Below the pieces are notes generated by a model. It was not told the origin of the DNA. It saw only the letters and a list, made by a program, of their open reading frames with translations, and searched no databases. This document shows, in pieces, positions 38,901 to 51,300 of a stretch of 64,000 bases of DNA. Numbering within the stretch: the stretch's first letter is position 1; every line of letters begins with the position of its first letter. The translations under genes and the position numbers were made by a program. The stretch spans positions 32,001 to 96,000 of the IMG/VR virus record IMGVR_UViG_3300021375_000011. One strand, given 5' to 3'. Source of the DNA: a virus.

Positions 38901-39362
38901 TTAACAACCAGTTATAGTACACTAGATCAGTACAAGATGATAAGTGACAATATTATTTTGAATAGTATAACCTTTAAGCCACTATTTGGAACAAAGGCGT
39001 CAGTTGAACTACAAGCAACTATCAAGTGTGTGAAAAACACTGCAAGTACTGCTAGTGTAAGTGAAATTAAAAGTCAAGTTGTAAGTGCAATGAACACCTA
39101 TTTTACAATAGAAAACTGGGATTTTGGTGATACGTTTTTCTTTAGTGAGCTTAGTGCATATCTGCATGATAGACTGGGAAGTATTATAAGTTCAGTGGTG
39201 TTAGTACCAACTGATCCTCTTAAATCGTTTGGAGATTTATATGAAATACGTAGTCAAGCAAATGAAATATTTGTAAATGCTGCCACAGTTAATGATGTCC
39301 AAGTAATTGATGCACTAACAGGTAGCCAGTTAAGAACTGCACCAAATAGCGGAGTAGTCTAG
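35955..39362 (+). CDS. gp6: baseplate wedge subunit (gp6-like)
   Basis: DFETLR, RENFIDTA, FGDG.F, IKQRAP..Y.TQNRMV..EDY. Confidence 0.88.
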   Translation: MAKTTRQTSIFGVEDWKRIYQTYREADFQSYDFETLRKSFIDYIRLYYPESFNDYIESSEFIALLDVMAFMGQAGSFRNDLNTRENFIDTAERRDSVNRLAELVSYTPKRNTAASGFLKVQSISTTEGVIDFTGVNLSNVTVNWNDTTNANWLEQFTVIVNAALDNSQRFGRPGNSQTILGVQTDEYALNLIQGFLPVIPFTSTVNGTSMGFEAVCATTQDETFVYEPSPAPNGAFNILYRNDKQGYASANTGYFFLFKQGSLQDLDFNLGERISNRVVNVNIEGINNEDTWLYQLDSQGNITNEWDYVENIYSGAVEELTPEQRRYFTISSRTNDQINLNFGDGVFSSIPVGSFRTYVRASNGLSYIINQDEMQNVTISIGYVSRTGRNETLTFTCALTQPVSNAANRENINDIKQRAPARYYTQNRMVNGEDYNNFPYTLYSTIIKSKAVNRSSIGTSRYLDLVDITGKYSSTNVFASDGLIYENTAVPSFTFTFVDQNDITDVIVNQVEPVLASRGMQEFYYENFTRPDLAVLNLDWSQSTTSNNETTGFFRFVASGAPAPVGPQASDNKKYIAQGGLVKFTPPAGQYFTATNRLAVGSPTLPGDKTVLWATVTALELDGTNQGVGNNADGTGPVTLNNFIPTNAVPTEVIPNFITDLPTAIETTMRENIELYRNFGLGYDNLTSTWYVITSTNINNAITFSLTYAQNTSGTGLDNSWLVDFTTDGVTYTVSSRSLQRFWASVLETRFFYDGTQKVYDPKTGTVINDFINVLKTNNKPDSSTTLNSDEVLDIIDQPVETDGFVDDFRVRISYKDSDNDGIPDNPDYFTDLVAPTVNPNNKRIYLQQTVDFDNLERYLPLASGVVIGTIATKDAIELVKSEYADKQVFYAYTDKKFYQLTVDYEGLRTITEVTGYDTYVGRQGLYFQYRHNAPLSRRIDPGTTNIIDLYLVTQSYYIAYQNYIRDSTGTVTEPAKPTIDELTTSYSTLDQYKMISDNIILNSITFKPLFGTKASVELQATIKCVKNTASTASVSEIKSQVVSAMNTYFTIENWDFGDTFFFSELSAYLHDRLGSIISSVVLVPTDPLKSFGDLYEIRSQANEIFVNAATVNDVQVIDALTGSQLRTAPNSGVV

Positions 39363-39363
39363 T

Positions 39364-42300
39364 ATGGCTAAGCGTATACGCTCAGAAGATTTCTTACCAG
39401 AAATATTTCAAACACCTGCTAACAAGCAGTTGTTACGTAGTACACTGGATCAACTTACACAAAATCCAAAACTTAAACCTACTGAAGGTTACATTGGGCG
39501 TAAGATTGGCCCTGGCGTCACTGCATCAGACAGTTATGTGCTTGAGCCGACAACAACACGTAGCAATTATCAATTGGAACCGGGAGTTGTACAAACAAAC
39601 GACAACGGTACTGAAGTTTTAAACACTATTACCTATCCGGGTATAATTGACAGTTTACAATTACAAGGTGCAAATACTACACGGCATGACAGATTATTTG
39701 ACAGTGAATATTATAGTTTTGATCCAATGGTTGATTTTGACAAATATGTCAACTTTGGACAGTATTACTGGGTACCAGCTGGTCCTGATAGTGTAAGTGT
39801 ATTTGCAAATGCAATTCCTATACGTGCGGACTATGATGTAAAATATGTAAACACAGGTTATACATTTTCAGGATATGCAGGCACGTTACCTACAATTAAT
39901 CTTGCTAGGCAAGGTGAGTATAATTTTAACGTAAGCGATAGTGGGCGTAATTTTTGGATTCAAAGTCAACCTGGTACAAGCGGTGTCCTATCACAACAAC
40001 CAAACCAAAGCTCAAGAGAAGTATTAGGTGTAACAAACAACGGCGATGACTTTGGCACAGTGACATTTAACGTTCCAAGTAATACTGCACAAAATTTTTA
40101 TTTTACACTTGCTGATATCGGAAGCACAGATTTACTCGAAGACACATTACAGTTCAATCAAATTAACAATGTGTTTGTTGATGTGTTTTTAGAAGAGCAT
40201 GGCGGCATTGACGGCATCACTGACTTACAAGATCGTACACTTATTATTACCACTGATACTGACACTGGTTGGGAAATACTTACTCCGTTTGATGATACAT
40301 TGTTTGACCAAGACGACCCTGGTATACCTAATCCAGGCTTTGACAATAGTGTAGCGTTGGCAACTGACCCAGAGCGTTATGTGCAATGGAGAATAAGTTA
40401 CAACTATGAAAATCCAACACGTCCTTTTATGGAACTTACAAAAGTACAAGACATTGCAAATCTAAGCAAAAGCATTATCAACTATGGTACAGACTATGCT
40501 GGCGTAACTTTTTACAAAAATGCTGATGGTGTATTTGAAAGACAACCTCTTATCACTGCAAACTTAGATATACTTTACTATCAAGATGCAAGTGATGAAT
40601 TAAATTTTGGCATAATAAGATTAGTTGATCAAGCAAACATTTCAGATTTGAATGTTGACGAAGATATTGTTGGAAAGAAAACGTATACGTCACCAAACGG
40701 AGTTATTTTTACTAATGGATTGAAAGTTGAATTCACAGGACAAATTGTTCCTGCAAGTTACGAAGGAAATCAATATTATGTAGAAGGTGTTGGAACTGCA
40801 ATTGAATTACTTCCAGTAACTGATTTTGTAACTCCTGAAACCTATACTATAAGTGCAAGTGTTCCTTTTGACAGTTTATCCTTTGACGAAGGTGGATATG
40901 ATGCAACTTCTAATGCTCCTACTGCACAAGATTATATGTTAATAAACAGAGCTAGTCTTGATCAAAATGCATGGAGTCGTGGCAACAGATGGTTTCACAT
41001 AGATGTATTAAGTGCTACTGCAACATATAACAATGTTGCCTTGGACATAGATAACAATGCTAGAGCCAAACGACCAATACTTGAATTTAGAAAAAGTTTA
41101 AAATTATTCAACTATGGAACCCTAGCAACAGAGCCAGTTGATATTATTGATTTTACACAAACAAACGCTTTTCAAAATGTCAACGGAAGCATAGGTTACA
41201 GTGTTGATGGATACACACTTATACAAGGCTCAAGAATTATATTTGCCAATGATAGTGATCCACAAGTTAAAAATAAAATCTATACTGTAAATTTTGTAGA
41301 CTTTGAAGACAGTAGTGTAAAGACAATTGATCTACAGGCTGCTAGTCTAACATCACCAGAAGTACCAACAAACACAAATGTTGTTGTGCTAAGTGGTACT
41401 ACTGAACAAGGAAAAAGTTATTGGTTCAACGGAACAACATGGGTAAGTGGGCAACAAAAAACTGATACAAATCAACCACCACTTTTTGATGTATACGATG
41501 CAAACGGTTATAGTCTCAGTGATACATCAGTGTATCCTAGTACAACATTTATAGGAACAAAAATATTCAGTTACGCAGTTGGAACTGGCGCCACTGACAC
41601 CATTATTGAACAACCTTTGAAATATTTTTCAATCAGTAATGTTGGAGATATTGTATTTGATAATAACTTATATACAGATACATTTACCTACGTAAAAAAT
41701 GCAACAAGTTCAACACAAAAAATTGACACAGGTATTATTCGACAGTACGATACAATATCAACTTTTGATAAGTTACTTGGATGGCAAACACATTTTGATA
41801 CAAGTGTACAACGCCAAAGTTTTACTTTTGATTATGCAGGTATTCCGTTAGTTTTAGATGTGCCAGTTATTACAGATACTGCAAAAATACCTGTAAAAGT
41901 TTTTGTTGACGGACAGTTTGTACTTGCAAACACATATACCTATACTACCAATACAGACAACGTCACTGTAATTACTTTCAATGCAAATGTTGTAGGACAA
42001 CCTGCTACTGAGCCTGCAACAGGTGCAGTGGTTGAAATTCAAGTTATAAGCAACAGTGCAAGTACAATTGGTTTTTATACTATTCCTAGTAACTTAGAAT
42101 CAAACGCTTTGAACAAGAACAGTGAAAATTTTACACTTGGAACTGTACGTACACACTATGAAAGTATTTGTCAAAACTTAGAAGAGTTTAGTGGTAAGAT
42201 ACACGGATCAAATAATGTACGTGATCTTGGCAATGTTGTACCATATGGCAATTTAATATTACAACAAAGTGCGCCACTAACAATGACTACTCCGTTTATT

Positions 42301-45300
42301 AACGGCAGAGAGTTTGAGTACTTCCGTGCATTAGAATTTAACAGTCAAGAATATGCAAAAACTAAAAACAAAATTTTAGATTTTGTTGCAAATAACGATT
42401 GGTCAGGTAAAACTACTGCAACCATATTAGACACTACCTTACTATCTGTAAACGCCGGAAAGACTGCAAATGCACCATTTTATTGGACTGATGCAATTCC
42501 AAGTGGTAACGAATTTGAAACAACAACATATACTTTTAGTCCTATATCAACATATGTGTTTGACACTCTTTACAGTTATGATTTTACAAGTGCCAATTAC
42601 AACGGCATATTAGTTTATCTCACTCCAAAAAGCACTGGCATACAAACTATATTAGTTGGAGATGGTGACGAATACACAGTAGCCACCGATGGTCCTCGTA
42701 TTACAATTAACAGTGAAAAGATCACGCTGGAAAATGATGATATTATTACCATTCGCGAATATACTGCAACTTATGGAAGTTATATTCCAGCCACTCCGAG
42801 TATGCTTGGACTTTACCCAGTGTATCTTCCGCAATCGTTTGTGGACAACACTTATGTGACTCCTACAACTGTTATTCAAGGTCATGATGGAAGTTTAACC
42901 GTTGCTTGGGAAACTGGCGATTACAGAAACGATGTATTACTTGAATTAGAAAAACGTATCTACAACAATATTAAAATTAGTGTTGCTGAAAAGTACGATC
43001 CACCGTTAAGATCTAGCGATGTCATACCTGGACAGTTCAGAACAACGGCGTACACGCTTACAGAAATAAACAACATATTAAACACCAGTTTCCTTGCATG
43101 GGTTGGTGCTAACCGTGTGCCATATAAAGATCAAACATATAATGCTGATGATCAGTTTACATGGAATTATAGTAACAGTCAAAACAGACTAGATGGAGAT
43201 CCACTGTTAGGGTTCTGGAGAGGCATATATTTTGATCTCTATGACACTGATAGTCCACATACACGTCCATGGGAAATGGTAGGACTTAGTGTTGAGCCAA
43301 GTTGGTGGAATACTAGATATGGTCCAGCACCCTATACAAGTGGTAACACTGTATTATGGGACGATATGGCAAAAGGAATTATTGCATACCCAACAGGTAA
43401 TGTTGTAGTAGAAGATTTTGTTCGTCCACAATTGCTCGAGTGTTTACCAACAGATTCACAAGGTAATCTTGTAAGTCCAATGCAAAGTATTGTTGGTAGT
43501 TACGATTCAGGCAGTTTTGTAAAAAGTTGGATAGCAGGTGATTATGCTCCAACACAGACTGCGTGGAGAAGAAGTAGTAATTATCCCTTTGCAATACAGA
43601 GATTATTAGCACTTACAGAACCAGCAAAATATTTTAGTTTGTTTGCTGACAGAGACCTATACAAATACAACACAGATTACAATCAATATTTGTACAACGA
43701 TAGATTTAGAATTGAATCATCAGAACTTGTAATTTATGGCAACGGAACCAGTAAGAATAGTTACATAAATTTTGTTGTAGACTACAATAGAGTAACAGGT
43801 ATAGATAGCACTGTTGTGGTTACAGACAAACTGGCTAATCTTGATGTTAGATTATGCTATAGAATGGCTAGTTTTAGTGATAAGTCATACCTAAAGATTT
43901 TTAGCGAAAAGTCATCGCCAAATAGTTTAAACAGTAGTTTGCTTTTACCAGATGAGAGTTACAATTTATTTTTATATAAAAATCCTAGTTTTGCTGAAAT
44001 ACAATTTAGTGCAGTAACAGTACAAAGAACAAGTGCAGGATATTCAGTATCAGGTTACTCAACAACAAAGCCATATTTTGAAATACTACAAAGTGTTCCA
44101 ACTGGCAAATTTACTAGTATAGACGTAAATGGACAACAGAGCAGAATTAATAATTCTTATAGCGACAATGTTGTGCAAGTGCCTTATGGATATACTTTTA
44201 CAAGCACTAATGCAGTTGTAGATTTCCTTAGCAGTTACGGAGCATTATTACAAAAGCAAGGATTGCAATTTGATAGCCAAGTTAATGATACAATTGTTAA
44301 CTGGACACAGATGGCAAGAGAGTTTTTATACTGGGTAGGGCAAAGCTGGACAGTCGGTAGTTTAATCAATCTCAATCCTGGTGCAGATATACTAAAGTTA
44401 CAACGTGACTTTGCAGTTGTTGAAAGTTTAAACAATGAAAACATAAACGACATTATGCTTGATCAAAACTTTGAGCCTCTGTTTGGTAAGGACTATGCAG
44501 TAGAACGCTTGGACAACGAACTTAAACTTATAGGACTAAACAATCAAACATTTAGTTTTCTGAATGCAAGATATACGTCCTACGAACACATTATTGTATT
44601 TGATAATGTAAGTATTTTTAATGATTTAATTTATAATCCAGTCACTGGAGCAAGGCAGAACAGACTGTTGTTAAACGGCAACACTGTTTTTGATTGGAAC
44701 GGTACACTTGATGCACAAGGATTTATTCTTAACCAAGATAATATCAAAGAATGGGTAGCAAATCAGTCTTACACAAAAGGACAGATTGTGTTGTACAAAG
44801 AAGCATACTGGAGTGCAACAAGATTGTTGTCACCAAATCCAGAATTTGTGTTTGCTGATTGGATCAAGAGTGACTACGATAAGATACAAACTGGATTATT
44901 GCCTAACATTGCAACTAAAGCAGATGCACTACGTGAAAACTATGATATCAACACTGCAAATTTAGAAAGCGATGCAACGTTACTAGGATTAGGACTAATT
45001 GGTTTCCGTCCAAGACAGTATATGCAGAACCTAAACTTAGATGACATTTCGCAAGCAGGATTGTATTCACAGTTTCTAGGTACAAAAGGCACATTAGGTG
45101 CAGCGGAACAATTTAAATCTGCTAACCTCGGCAAAGAAGAAGCTGAATATGACATACGAGAGAACTGGGCAATACAACGTGGCATTTATGGAGCTAATGC
45201 AAATAGAAGTTACTTTGAGTTAAGATTAGACGAAAGCAAACTTCTTGGAAATCCAAGCACTGTTGCAGTTATAGACCCAGGTGAGATAACCACTGCAAAT

Positions 45301-48300
45301 CAAGAAATATTATTAGAAAATATTTGGAAACAAAGTTATAAAATTACCAATAAGAATATACTGCCAACAGTTGGTACAATCCCTGATGATGTAGCACTTC
45401 CTACTGCAGGGTATGTAAACTATGATGATGTAGATATAAAAGTCTTTAACTTTGATGACTTAACCAATATTGCGGCTAATCTTGAAAACATTGCTATCGG
45501 AACAAACATATGGGTAGCAAAAGCAAATTCATATGATTGGAACATTTATAGAAACAACTTAGTTAATGCACTGGTCACAACTGTAGTTGATAACCTAAAC
45601 GGTACTTGTACATTTACATTTGATACAAATCATAATTTGCTAACAGGCACTAGACTCGTTATAAAGTATTTTGACGTTGCAGTTGACGGTGCTTATATTA
45701 TAGAAAGTGTTCCAAGTTTAAAGACTATCACAGTAACACTTAGTTTGCCTGGAGAAACAACTTCTCTTACAGGAATCGGATTGACACTTGCTCTTGAAAG
45801 TGTGAGATTTGCACAAGCAAGTGATGTTGTGAATTCAACATTTGCAAATGCAATAGTGCCAGGCAACCAAGCATGGGTTGACGATTACGGTGATGGCAAC
45901 TGGGCAGTACTACAAAAAATAAATCCATTTGGTACCGCTACTGAATTAGATGCTGACACTCCGATACTTAATGACCTATATGGTACAACAGTTCAACAAG
46001 GAGTTACAGGTGGACTAGCAATTGGTGCACCAGGATATGCAAGCGGAAAAGGTGCCGTATACTGTTACAATAAATCAGACACTGATACATACAAAGAAAA
46101 CACAATTATGACACCTACTGCCGCTGGATTTGTAGGCACAGGCACAAGTTTAAGTGTTGGAACTATCGAACGTATAGTTGCAGGAGCACCTGCAAGTGAT
46201 AGTAATAAAGGTTATGCAGTCGGTATAAGAAGAAACAGTAGTAACGGCGAATATTCGCAGACACAATTGTTTAACACAGGAACAAATGATGTAGACAACT
46301 TTGGACAAGACGTTGCAGTAAGTGCAGATGAGCGTTGGTTGTACGTAAGTGCTCCAACAGCCACTGTTAGTGGCGATTATGTTTGGGCATATCAACAAGT
46401 TGGTGTGCAAAGTCAAACACTTAAATTTACTGGCGATGCTACAACAACAGATTTTATTATTACAGGAACAATTGTTGTCAGTGCGGTAAATGCAACTGCA
46501 CAAACACAAATAGCAGTAACCAGAAACAATGTATCACAAACTGCTGGTAGTGATTATACAGTACAAACAAGTGGCACAAATCAAGTTGTAAGATTTGGAA
46601 CTGCACCAAATGAGAATGATACTATTGTAATAACAAGACGTCAAGGTGTAACTTACCTACCTTCAGGATCAACTACGGCTTTTAGCACTGCTACCTTATT
46701 CACAGTCAATGACATTTACAGTTTTGCAGTTTACTATAATGGTGCGTTGTTGCGTCCAATACACGATTATACATTTGCCGGCAATACTGTAACGTTGCTA
46801 GTAGCAATTAGCTCTGGCACACTACTAATTGATGCAAAAACATATTGGGATTTTGTAAAAACTATTAACACCGGTGGTAGTGTTGGTGACTTACCTGGGC
46901 AAAGCATATCCACTACAACAGATGGTAGACAAGTTATCATTGGAGCACCTGGTGCTGAAGTTACTGTTGGATCTACCACAACAACTGATGCTGGTAAGGT
47001 GTACATTTATGACAGAAGTGTAGAGCGTTTCCAAGTTCAAACTGCATCAACAACCACACAAAGTTTTACAACATCTGACACACCCGAAGGCACACCAGCA
47101 GTAACAGTAAACGGAACATACCTAGTACCAACTGCACAAAATAACAATGCAGAATTTAGTTTTAGCGGTACTACAATAACAATTGGAACTGCAACAAATC
47201 CGTACACACTTAATGTTGGTGACATTGTTGAGATCGAAACTAACAACTTTAGATTGGTTCAAACTATTAATTCGCCAACAGTAGGTGAAGCATACAATTT
47301 TGGTCAAGTGGTAGACATGTGTAGTACAAATTGTAGTCTATATATTGCAGAACCAAATGATAGTACAATCACAGAACAAGGCGGAAGTGTTGATAGGTGG
47401 ATTAATCAATCCAGATTGTTTGGAACCATTACTGGTACTGTAACTAACCCAGTTTTAACTGCCACTGATAGTATAAGAATAAACAATTATTTTGTGACCT
47501 TAACTGGAACCACAGTTGCTAGTTTAGTAACTGATATCACCACTGCAGATTTGCCAAACATTAAGGCAACCGAAGTCAGTGGAGCATTACAAATTACACT
47601 TGTTGATGTACAAGCAGGTGAAGCATTTATAAAACTACAAGTAGCACCAGGAGCAGGAACTGCGTTTGCAGATTTAGGACTCGCTCAAATGGTATTTGCA
47701 CAAACTATTGTATCTCCGGTAGCACAACAGTTTGGGCATTTTGGACAAAGCCTTAAAATTGATAGCACTGCAACAACCTTAGTTGTTGGTGCTCCAGATG
47801 CTACTGCTAACTTGCCAACCACGTTTGATAGCAATACAACATATTTTGATAGTAAAAGCACACTGCTAATTGATCCTTTAGAGGAATCAGGCGTAGCATA
47901 TACCTATAACTTTTTAAACGCCGCCAATGCAAGTGCAACCAATACAGGCAAGTTTGTTTTTGGACAACAGATTTACGATACAAGCATGGTAAGTTTTGAT
48001 AAGTTTGGTAGTGCAGTTGATTATTATGCCGGAGTATTATTAGTCGGAGCACCAAACGATGATTTAAATGATAGTTCCGGTGATTATGGAAGAGTAACAC
48101 AACTTGTTAATGCAAACAAAGAAAGTGCATGGAAAATTGTTTACAATCAGCAACCAATGGTCAACAGTGCTCTGCTTAACAGTGTGTTTACATATGATAA
48201 AGTAAGTAACGAAGTAGATACATATTTAGATTTCATTGATCCACTACAAGGTAAAATACTAGGAGCGGCGAGTGCTAATATAAACTATCAAGGTGGTATT

Positions 48301-51300
48301 GATCCTGCAGCCTACAACACTGGCACAGTAAACAATTTTGGTTCGCAGTGGAGAGATGAGTACTTAGGACACTTTTGGTGGGATTTAAGCACAGTTAGAT
48401 TCATTGATTATCATCAAGACACTATAGAATACAAAGCAAGACGTTGGGGACAACTGTTTCCAGGTTCGTCAGTTGATGTCTATCAATGGACTAAGAACAG
48501 TGTTGCACCAGCAAACTACACAGGACCAGGCACAGTTTATACAACTGATAGTTACGTTGTAACCAGCGAGCTTGATAGTGCAGGAACATTTGTTTCAAAT
48601 TATTATTATTGGGTCAAAGGATTATCTGCAGTTCCAACTGGCAAAACACTTAGTTCAAATGCTATTACACAATACATATCTGATCCGAGATCAAGTGGCG
48701 TATCATACAGTGCGGCATTAAGTCAAAACACAATTGGTTTATACAATGTACGTACACAATTGGTTGGGACAGACACTATACTGCACGTTGAATTTGATAA
48801 ACTAGAAAACACTGATGCAGTACACAGTGAATATGATTTAATCACTGACAATGATCCTAACAGTTTCTTAGGCACAGGACTTTACAGAAAGTTTTTAGAT
48901 AGTTATTGTGGAGTTGATACACTTGGTAACAATGTGCCAGATCCTACTTTGAGCCCTGCTGACAAATATGGTGTAAGTTTCCGTCCAAGACAAAGTTTCT
49001 TTATAGATAGATTTCTTGCACTTGAAAATTATATGACACGTGCAAATAGGATAATGAAACTGTATCCTATATCAGAAGACAAAAGTTTTAAATTACTAAA
49101 CAGTTCAGATCCAGAACCAACAAGCGTAAGTGGTTTGTGGGATAAACGTGTGTTAACCTATGCAGAACTTACGTATCAAGATCTAAATCAAGTAGCAGTT
49201 GGTTATAACTATTTGGTAGCAAGTGACAGTACCCAAGAAGGACTATGGACAATATATACTGTAATTGCTGGACCTAGTTTACAGTTAGCAAGAGTACAAA
49301 ACTATGATACACAACTATATTGGAGTTATGTAGATTGGAATGGCTTAAATGCTGATGGAACAACCTACAGTAGTGCAAATGCTAGTGCTTACGAAGTAGA
49401 AGTGTATAGTAATCTACTTGCACTCGAAGATGTGCCAAATCAATCATGGGCTACCGTTGAATCAAACAGTTTTGGAAAGAAAGAAGTCTATCAGTATAGC
49501 ACAACAACTGGTGAGTGGACAAGAGTTTTCTTAGAAGATGGAACCATTGCAGTTGACAAAACAATTTGGGATTATTCAGTTGGAAATTTTGGCTTTGATG
49601 TTGAAGCATTTGATGCACAAAGATTTGCACAAGCGCCTGATGTTGAAACAAGACAAATACTTAAAGCATTAAACGAAGAAATTTTTGTAAACGAACTAAA
49701 GATATTCAGGAACGAACTTCTAATACTTACATTTGAATTTATTATGAGTGAACAACCTGCTCCAGACTGGTTGATTAAGACATCACTGATTGATGTCAAT
49801 CATAAAATACGTGACCTAATAGAATATCCAATTTTTAGAAGAGACAATCAGGATTTTGTAAGTCAATACATAGAAGAAGTAAAACCATATCATGTACAAG
49901 TTAGAGAATTTAACTTACGCTATGAAGGCGAGGATACTTACAACGGTAGTATTACAGACTTTGATCTTCCTGCATATTATGATGCATTGCGAAATCAATT
50001 TGTTTCGCCTATACTAGATGATAGCGAATTTCCAACATCACTAAGTGCAGTACCAAGTACTTCTAGCGTATGGACTACATTTCCATGGAGCCAATGGTAC
50101 AACAATTATAAACTTATTGTAAAAGAAGTTAAAGTTCTAAATGGCGGAAGTGGTTACACTGTACCTCCGCAAGTGGTAGTGACAGGTGATGCAACGACAC
50201 AAGCAACAATGACTGCAACTGTAAACACTGCTGGTGTAGTAACCGGAATTACCGTAGACACTCTAGGAAGTGGTTATATAACTACGCCAACATTAACAAT
50301 ATCAGGTGGCAACGGAACAGGCGCAACTGCGGTAGTGGTGTTAGAACCACAACAGGTACGTGACTTTAAAACAACAGTCAAGTATGACAGAATTACATAC
50401 ACCAGTCAAGTGTTAGATTGGACTGCAAGTACTGTATACACTGCTGGTCAATTAATTCGATATCCGGTACCAACACTTGGAGTTGTAAACGTTAGTTTGC
50501 CAGAAGTTTATAGTGTAAATTTTAATTTTACAAGTGGCACAGTATTTGATCCTGACAACTATACTAAAGTTGATCAATCAACACTAGATGGTGCAGACAG
50601 AACTATTGGATTATATACTCCAGAGCCAAATGAACCAGGACGTGAACTAGCACAAGTGATGACAGGTATAGACTATCCTGGCGTACAAGTTCAAGGTCCA
50701 AACTTTAATCAGAATACTGGATATGATGTTGGAAACTTTGACATAAATCCATTTGATAACATAGATTTTGGTCCAGAAGGATTACCAACATATGATCCTG
50801 CAATACTTGACGTCATTTACGAAAGTGAATTTACAGACACATACTTAGGTGTCCGTGCAACAGACATTAATGTAGTAGGTGGCGCTTTTATAGATACCTA
50901 TAGTTCACATGCTCCTGAAGAACTTATACCTGGAAGCGAATTTGACACACTTGATCTAAAAGTTTACACACGTCCAGGCAGTGATTGGAGCAGTGACGGA
51001 CACGGCTTTAACATTGCAACAATAAATGTTGTGTTTAACGGAGCCGGAACAACACTTGATTTTACAAGTGCAATGCTACATCCAGTTGGCATAGAAGTAA
51101 TTGATATTACAAGTGGACAAAGCATTACAAACACTGCATACACAATTGACTGGGTAAACAAAGTAGTTACACTCGGTGCAACTATGCCAAGTGCAATTGG
51201 AAGTAATATTGCAATTAAGATTTATGGCCTAGGTGGCGGTTCACAGATTTACAAAGAAAGCATTGTTGGAAGTGATATTACTAGTAATGTTGCAACCATT